Of a stretch of 64,000 bases of DNA, positions 59,382 to 64,000 are shown in pieces (the first letter of the stretch is position 1; every line of letters begins with the position of its first letter). The notes below the pieces were generated by a model. It worked only from the letters and a program-made list of their open reading frames with translations, was not told the origin of the DNA and ran no database searches. This DNA is from a virus: positions 32,001 to 96,000 of the IMG/VR virus record IMGVR_UViG_3300034122_002202. One strand, given 5' to 3'. The position numbers were made by a program, and so were the translations under genes.

Positions 59382-60881
59382 TTAGTTCCTTATAGATTCA
59401 TAGTGGTTATATTTAGATATTATTTTTTCTACTTCTTTATATATATCTTCCTTAGAAGACATATTGTAATTTATTCTTTTTAAAAACCTTGAAAATAAAA
59501 GAGAAAAATCATCATTAAAACACTTTAACAATTGCTTTAAAAATTCTACATTATTATCAAAAGATATTTCTGAAGGTATGCTCATATATTTTTTGGGTTC
59601 ATTCCATGTATTAGAACTTGGTACAGATAAAAAGTGGTTTTTTAACTTTTCTGAAACAGCATCATAGCTATACTTTTCTTTTGTCAAATTTAGTGTTTTA
59701 TTAGACTTGAACTTTCTTACTGATTCTGGTTGTTTAAAATATTTAATACAAATATCTACAAAATTTTGATTATCTGGAAGTGCAAACTTTCTATGTGTTT
59801 CAACTTCATAATGCATTCTTTGTACTTTTATTGGAAAACCATCTAGTTTTCTAACTATATCGTACATAGCACTATAGTCTGTAGCACAAATAGGAACCCC
59901 ACAAGAAGCTGCTTCTACTAATGGCATCCCAAATCCTTCTGCACAAGAATATTGAACATATAGATCCATTAAATTATACACCATTGCCATAGAGTCTCTT
60001 TTTGCACCAGAACTTGTGTTTGGAAACAAAGAAGATATTTTTTTACAATAATTGCATTCTATAATTGCACCATTAAAATTTGATATTGATATGTTAAAAC
60101 AGCCCCTACAACTATAAGTAAACAACAGTTTTTTTGATATTTTGGGTCTTTCAGCTATTAATTTTGGTATATCCCAACCAACATCTGGATAAGTAGTGTG
60201 CATATATAGAAATAATTTTGAAGATATCTCTTTTGGTGCTTGATTCAACAACATTTCAAATGCATCAAAAAGATCTGGAATTAGTTTTCTTTTTTGATTT
60301 CTCATAACAGAACCGATTATTAAACAATCTGGATCTAATCCATGAGATTTTTTAAATTCCTTTTTGTCTTTAATCATAGTAAAAACTTCATCTGCTGCTG
60401 GAGAAGCAGAAGAAATTAAATTTAAATTTGGATAATTTTCTTTGAGTATGTCTAAAGCCCAATCTGAGTATGTAAATATAGAATCTGCCTTAGTTAAAGT
60501 ATATATCCATTCTGAATCTAATGGAATCGAATCAATAGTTGGCATATAGGCCCAATGGAAATGTCTCTTGTAGGGAGAATCTCCAATAAAATCATCAATC
60601 CAAGGATCTCTGAAAGACCATACTACATCTGGTTTAAATTCTAAAAGAACATCTTCAAAGATTGAAGAGCCAAATCTTCCGCTAGTTTTATTTTCTTCTG
60701 GATAATATATTTTCCAAGGTGGTTTTGGAACTGACGGATGATCTTTACCAAAACACGCTATCTCTGCCAATTCAAATTCTCCTGTTTGATAAAGCCTGTT
60801 CATAATCTGGCAACCATAATTGGCATATCCAGAGTTTATAAAAGTTGCTTCACCACACAGGAGTATTCGTTTTTTTGACAT
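59382..60881 (-). CDS. Glycosyltransferase family 4 (GT-B) with CxxC insert
   Basis: SGY, RNQKRK, CRGC...CNYC, EGFGMPLVEAASCGVP. Confidence 0.9.
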   Translation of the reverse strand: MSKKRILLCGEATFINSGYANYGCQIMNRLYQTGEFELAEIACFGKDHPSVPKPPWKIYYPEENKTSGRFGSSIFEDVLLEFKPDVVWSFRDPWIDDFIGDSPYKRHFHWAYMPTIDSIPLDSEWIYTLTKADSIFTYSDWALDILKENYPNLNLISSASPAADEVFTMIKDKKEFKKSHGLDPDCLIIGSVMRNQKRKLIPDLFDAFEMLLNQAPKEISSKLFLYMHTTYPDVGWDIPKLIAERPKISKKLLFTYSCRGCFNISISNFNGAIIECNYCKKISSLFPNTSSGAKRDSMAMVYNLMDLYVQYSCAEGFGMPLVEAASCGVPICATDYSAMYDIVRKLDGFPIKVQRMHYEVETHRKFALPDNQNFVDICIKYFKQPESVRKFKSNKTLNLTKEKYSYDAVSEKLKNHFLSVPSSNTWNEPKKYMSIPSEISFDNNVEFLKQLLKCFNDDFSLLFSRFLKRINYNMSSKEDIYKEVEKIISKYNHYESIRN

Positions 60882-60889
60882 TTTAATTC

Positions 60890-61276
60890 CTATAGTATTT
60901 GATTACCGAAATCTTCTTCTTCTGCAAATACTTCTGAATGTTGTTCTTCTTCATCGTTTGCTTTCTGATCTACATACCAAAATTTTTGAACTATAAATTT
61001 AATTTTATGCCTGTTTTTTCCATTTTCTTTATCTACCCAACTTTCTGTTTTAGCAGAAGTATGCACTAAAATTCTAGAACCTTTTTTAAAATACTTCCCA
61101 ATCAAATCAGCAGTTTTTTCCCAAGCAACACAATCAATAAAAGTCATTTCTGGTTTTTCTTGATTCTTAGATGGATTTCTAACCGAAATACAAAAGTTAA
61201 CAACAGATTTTCCATTGTTTAATTTTATAAGTTCTGGTTCTCTAGTTAGCTTACCAAGGAAAGAACAAATATTCAT
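60890..61276 (-). CDS. ssb: Single-stranded DNA-binding protein
   Basis: MN...LG.LTREPEL, FIDCVAWEKTA, YFKKGS.I; acidic tail. Confidence 0.92.
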   Translation of the reverse strand: MNICSFLGKLTREPELIKLNNGKSVVNFCISVRNPSKNQEKPEMTFIDCVAWEKTADLIGKYFKKGSRILVHTSAKTESWVDKENGKNRHKIKFIVQKFWYVDQKANDEEEQHSEVFAEEEDFGNQIL

Positions 61277-61285
61277 TTCTATCTC

Positions 61286-62911
61286 CTAAATTTGAACAAC
61301 AGTTTTAACTAAAAGAGAGTCACTTTTTTTGTCTCGTTCACCTTGAATCAAGACTGTATTACCCTCTTTTAACAAAGAAGCAAAATCTTTGTACGAGTTT
61401 GGAAAACAAATGACATCATCTATTTTTCCAGTAGCATCAGATATTGATAAAAATGCCATTCTAGATCCTGGTGTTTTTCCAGCCTTTGTAAGCACTTCTT
61501 TAGACCTTCTTATTTCAACACCAAAGACCATATAGCCACTCTTTCCATCTAAGTATTCTTTGCATGTAGTGTTAGAACTACTTGTGTCGCAAGAGTCTGT
61601 AGCATTATATGTTAAAGAAATTCCTAAAGAATCCTTTTCAATCCAACAAACCCAACTTGGAATATCTATTAAAGGAGAAGGGGGATTTTTAATCATAGAA
61701 GCAATGCTTTTTAAAACCTCAACTCTTTTGACTGAAGAACAACAGCCACCTTCTTTTTTTGTCTTTGCTGAGTTTAAAATCATATCTGGTATATTAGTGA
61801 TTTCAACATTAGCTTTTATCCACTCCTTTTCTTTGTCTGTTAATTCAGACCAAGCATTAAATTCAGCAAGAAGAACCTTCCTTTTGCTGCCAAATTTTCT
61901 TAGAGCGTTAACAGCAATTAGTTTTTCAATACTTGATTTTGGCATTTCATCAGAACATTTAACAACAAATTCTTCCCAAGAATCTATACTTTTGCCGTAA
62001 TTATTTATAGCTAGTTTGATTTTTTCAAATTGAGATTGCCCAATTCCTTTTACATCAGTAATACCAAACCAAATTGATATTCCGTCAGTGTAAAAGTTGC
62101 TATTTAGCATCATTATGTCTGGAGAATAGACAGCTATATTGAATTTTTTTGCATCTTCAATTAGTTCAGATATTTCAAGCTGACTATCTGCTTTGTCTTT
62201 TGCAAAATAAAGCCAGCTAGTAAAGAATTGAACTGGAAAATGGCTCTTTAAATAAGCAGTATCATATCCAATTAAGCCATAGCAGCAACTGTGACTGCGA
62301 TTAAACGAGTATTTTTGACTCTGTTCAATCCATCCAAATATTTCTTCAGCTTGATCTTCTGAGACTACTTCTATCTTTTTAGCACCCTCAATAAACATCG
62401 TCTTACATTTTGCCATTTCGCTAGATGATTTCTTTCCCATTGCCTTACGAAGCATGTCTGCTTCTTGCAAAGTAAATCCAGCGATAACTCTAGAAAGTTC
62501 CATTGCCTGTTCTTGAAAAACAAGTGACCCATAAGTTGATTTAAGTGCATCATCAACAATAGGATGATAGGATGAAACCTCTTCTTCTCCGTTTACAATA
62601 CGGCAATAATGTGCGGTCATACTAACGCCCTTATCATCAACAGAACGCAAAGCTCCCGGTCTGATAAGAGCACCTAAAGCAGTTAAATGATCAACAGTTT
62701 TTGGTCTTAATTTTTTAGACCATTGTTTTCCAAGATCTGATTCTAACTGGAAAATTCCTTTTGTATCGCCTCTAGAAAATATATCCCAAGCAATATCGCA
62801 AGAAGGAAGATTAGTTGGATCTACTTCCATTAGAGGCAAAGAATCTTTGGTTAAAGGATCTCCAATTATTGGAAAACTACAACCACATGAAAATTTGTAT
62901 GTTTTTGTCAT
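61286..62911 (-). CDS. dnaE: DNA polymerase III alpha, C-terminal part (fingers, HhH, OB)
   Basis: GDTKGIFQLES, ALIRPG, TYG.LVFQEQ.M, AD.LRKAMGKK, YSFN.SH, YLK.H.P, VKGIG, OB motif MAF....D.TG; no PHP or palm N-terminus. Confidence 0.92.
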   Translation of the reverse strand: MTKTYKFSCGCSFPIIGDPLTKDSLPLMEVDPTNLPSCDIAWDIFSRGDTKGIFQLESDLGKQWSKKLRPKTVDHLTALGALIRPGALRSVDDKGVSMTAHYCRIVNGEEEVSSYHPIVDDALKSTYGSLVFQEQAMELSRVIAGFTLQEADMLRKAMGKKSSSEMAKCKTMFIEGAKKIEVVSEDQAEEIFGWIEQSQKYSFNRSHSCCYGLIGYDTAYLKSHFPVQFFTSWLYFAKDKADSQLEISELIEDAKKFNIAVYSPDIMMLNSNFYTDGISIWFGITDVKGIGQSQFEKIKLAINNYGKSIDSWEEFVVKCSDEMPKSSIEKLIAVNALRKFGSKRKVLLAEFNAWSELTDKEKEWIKANVEITNIPDMILNSAKTKKEGGCCSSVKRVEVLKSIASMIKNPPSPLIDIPSWVCWIEKDSLGISLTYNATDSCDTSSSNTTCKEYLDGKSGYMVFGVEIRRSKEVLTKAGKTPGSRMAFLSISDATGKIDDVICFPNSYKDFASLLKEGNTVLIQGERDKKSDSLLVKTVVQI

Positions 62912-62915
62912 ATTA

Positions 62916-63554
62916 TTATTTCTTAAATGAGTCTTTAAATTTAACTTTTGGGTATATTGATCTATGTAGTTTTAAGAAGTATGTGATTAAGTCTGCTGTT
63001 TGCTCAACATCAACTAGTGCATCATGAGCATTAGCCTTTGACATTCCAAAATGATCTCTAATAGTATCCATTTTCATATTAGGCATATCATCTGAATTTT
63101 CAAACCAAAGCAACATCATTTCATCTAAATCAAACATGCTTCTTTTATTGAAGAAAGATTGTGTGGCATTTGGTTGAACATATCCTAATTCAATACAGAC
63201 TCTTTGAAAAATCGGCATATCAAAAAATCTAATGTTTTTTCCTGCTGGAACAGGAGCTAATATATTGCTTTTACCAACCGCAAAAGTAGATATAAAATCA
63301 ATAAACCTACTCCAAACAACATCAAGATTGGGTGCAAGCTGAAGTTCTTCTCTTGTCTTTTTGTTTACTGCTAGTGCTGCTTCTTGCAAATTTCCAAAGT
63401 CTCTAGGTTTTACAAGACTATTAAAGACTGCACCTTCTATTGGTTGAAGAGTTTTTCTATTTATTGCCTTTGCAGCAATTTGAATAACTTCACAAGTATT
63501 TGTATCTAAAGATCCTGTTTCAAAATCAAAAACAATAATCGTATTACTCTTCAT
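62916..63554 (-). CDS. DEDDh 3'-5' exonuclease (DnaQ/epsilon-like)
   Basis: VFDFETG, N..FFD, HDALVDV. Confidence 0.9.
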   Translation of the reverse strand: MKSNTIIVFDFETGSLDTNTCEVIQIAAKAINRKTLQPIEGAVFNSLVKPRDFGNLQEAALAVNKKTREELQLAPNLDVVWSRFIDFISTFAVGKSNILAPVPAGKNIRFFDMPIFQRVCIELGYVQPNATQSFFNKRSMFDLDEMMLLWFENSDDMPNMKMDTIRDHFGMSKANAHDALVDVEQTADLITYFLKLHRSIYPKVKFKDSFKK

Positions 63555-63825
63555 CGTCTTCTTCTCCTTTAATAGTTAGTTCTATTGATCCATCATCAAT
63601 TTGCTGTATTTTAAGTTCGACTTCTGCATCTTCTGCTGAATCTAAAAAATCCTTATCTATAAGTAACATACCTCCATTTTGAATTGTTATTGCCTTTAAT
63701 AGTTTGTTCGCCTGTTTAACAAGATCTTTCTTTAATGAAGAGCAATCAGACAAAGCATCTAACAAGGCTGTTTGCTGGACTACCAGTTTACTTATTATAG
63801 ATATTTCAAGAGAATTATCATTCAT
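63544..63825 (-). CDS. Hypothetical protein
   Basis: 93-aa ORF overlapping both neighbours. Confidence 0.6.
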   Translation of the reverse strand: MNDNSLEISIISKLVVQQTALLDALSDCSSLKKDLVKQANKLLKAITIQNGGMLLIDKDFLDSAEDAEVELKIQQIDDGSIELTIKGEEDDEE

Positions 63826-64000
63826 TTGGTTTCCCCTTTAAAATATTTATACAACCCATTATTTTATCTAAAACTGCAACTCCAAGTATATCAAACTTAA
63901 CCATTCCAATTGACTCTAAATCTGACATTTCCATACCAGCTATCATCTGTTTTGTCTTTTTATCAAATGTCATTGGACATACTTCTGATAAAGGAATATT
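63818..64000 (-). CDS. dnaE: DNA polymerase III alpha, N-terminal/palm part (3' end only; runs off the window)
   Basis: Manual translation: NIPLSEVCPMTFDKKTKQMIAGMEMSDLESIGMVKFDILGVAVLDKIMGCINILKGKPNE*, which contains the DnaE palm motif G.vKfDiLG. Confidence 0.85.
   Translation of the reverse strand, partial: NIPLSEVCPMTFDKKTKQMIAGMEMSDLESIGMVKFDILGVAVLDKIMGCINILKGKPNE

Noticed and set aside
62800-63900. Split intein or group I intron explaining the broken dnaE
   Set aside because: No intein N-terminal block after the palm motif and no HN-C/S junction in the second half. The gap is fully occupied by coupled ORFs, leaving no room for a ribozyme core.
1-64000. Eukaryotic or giant-virus origin suggested by mucin/extensin, STIG1 and collagen-like proteins
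   Set aside because: Shine-Dalgarno sites, overlapping operons, TP901-type TMP, tail collar, DnaE, bacterial-type SSB and PhoH all indicate a tailed bacteriophage.
1-64000. Stop-codon reassignment, tRNA or rRNA genes
   Set aside because: The standard code gives near-complete coding density with TAA, TAG and TGA all used as stops; intergenic gaps are too short and show no cloverleaf.

Overview
AT-rich segment of a large (probably jumbo) tailed dsDNA bacteriophage, standard genetic code, with two convergent blocks. Plus strand (1-49236), virion morphogenesis: Pro-free Gly-X-Gln collagen-like fibres, three tandem tail-collar/His-needle paralogues, a holin-like protein, a trypsin-like serine protease, large Cys-rich (STIG1-like) proteins on mucin-like Ser/Thr-Pro stalks, head-tail joining genes interrupted by a glycosyltransferase, a tail tube, chaperones, a 4694-aa tape measure protein (TMP) and tail-tip genes. 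No sheath gene is seen. Minus strand (49208-64000), one tightly overlapping operon: a DnaE-type polymerase split into two genes around a DEDDh exonuclease, SSB, PhoH, a glycosyltransferase/nucleotide-sugar cluster, a homing-type endonuclease and a Rad52/Sak-like annealase. Best candidate for a new system: phage-encoded mucin-type O-glycosylation of the virion. The GT at 17555 carries the motif series of eukaryotic polypeptide GalNAc-transferases and lies beside hundreds of S/T-P acceptor sites. Also notable: a TMP segmented by repeated xxGG/DxVPAMLxPGE motifs around cargo-like domains, a C-terminal domain shared by the protease and the STIG1-repeat protein, the intein-less split DnaE, and a GGTGTA(T/A) putative late promoter. 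All family assignments are by-eye motif recognition, not database searches.
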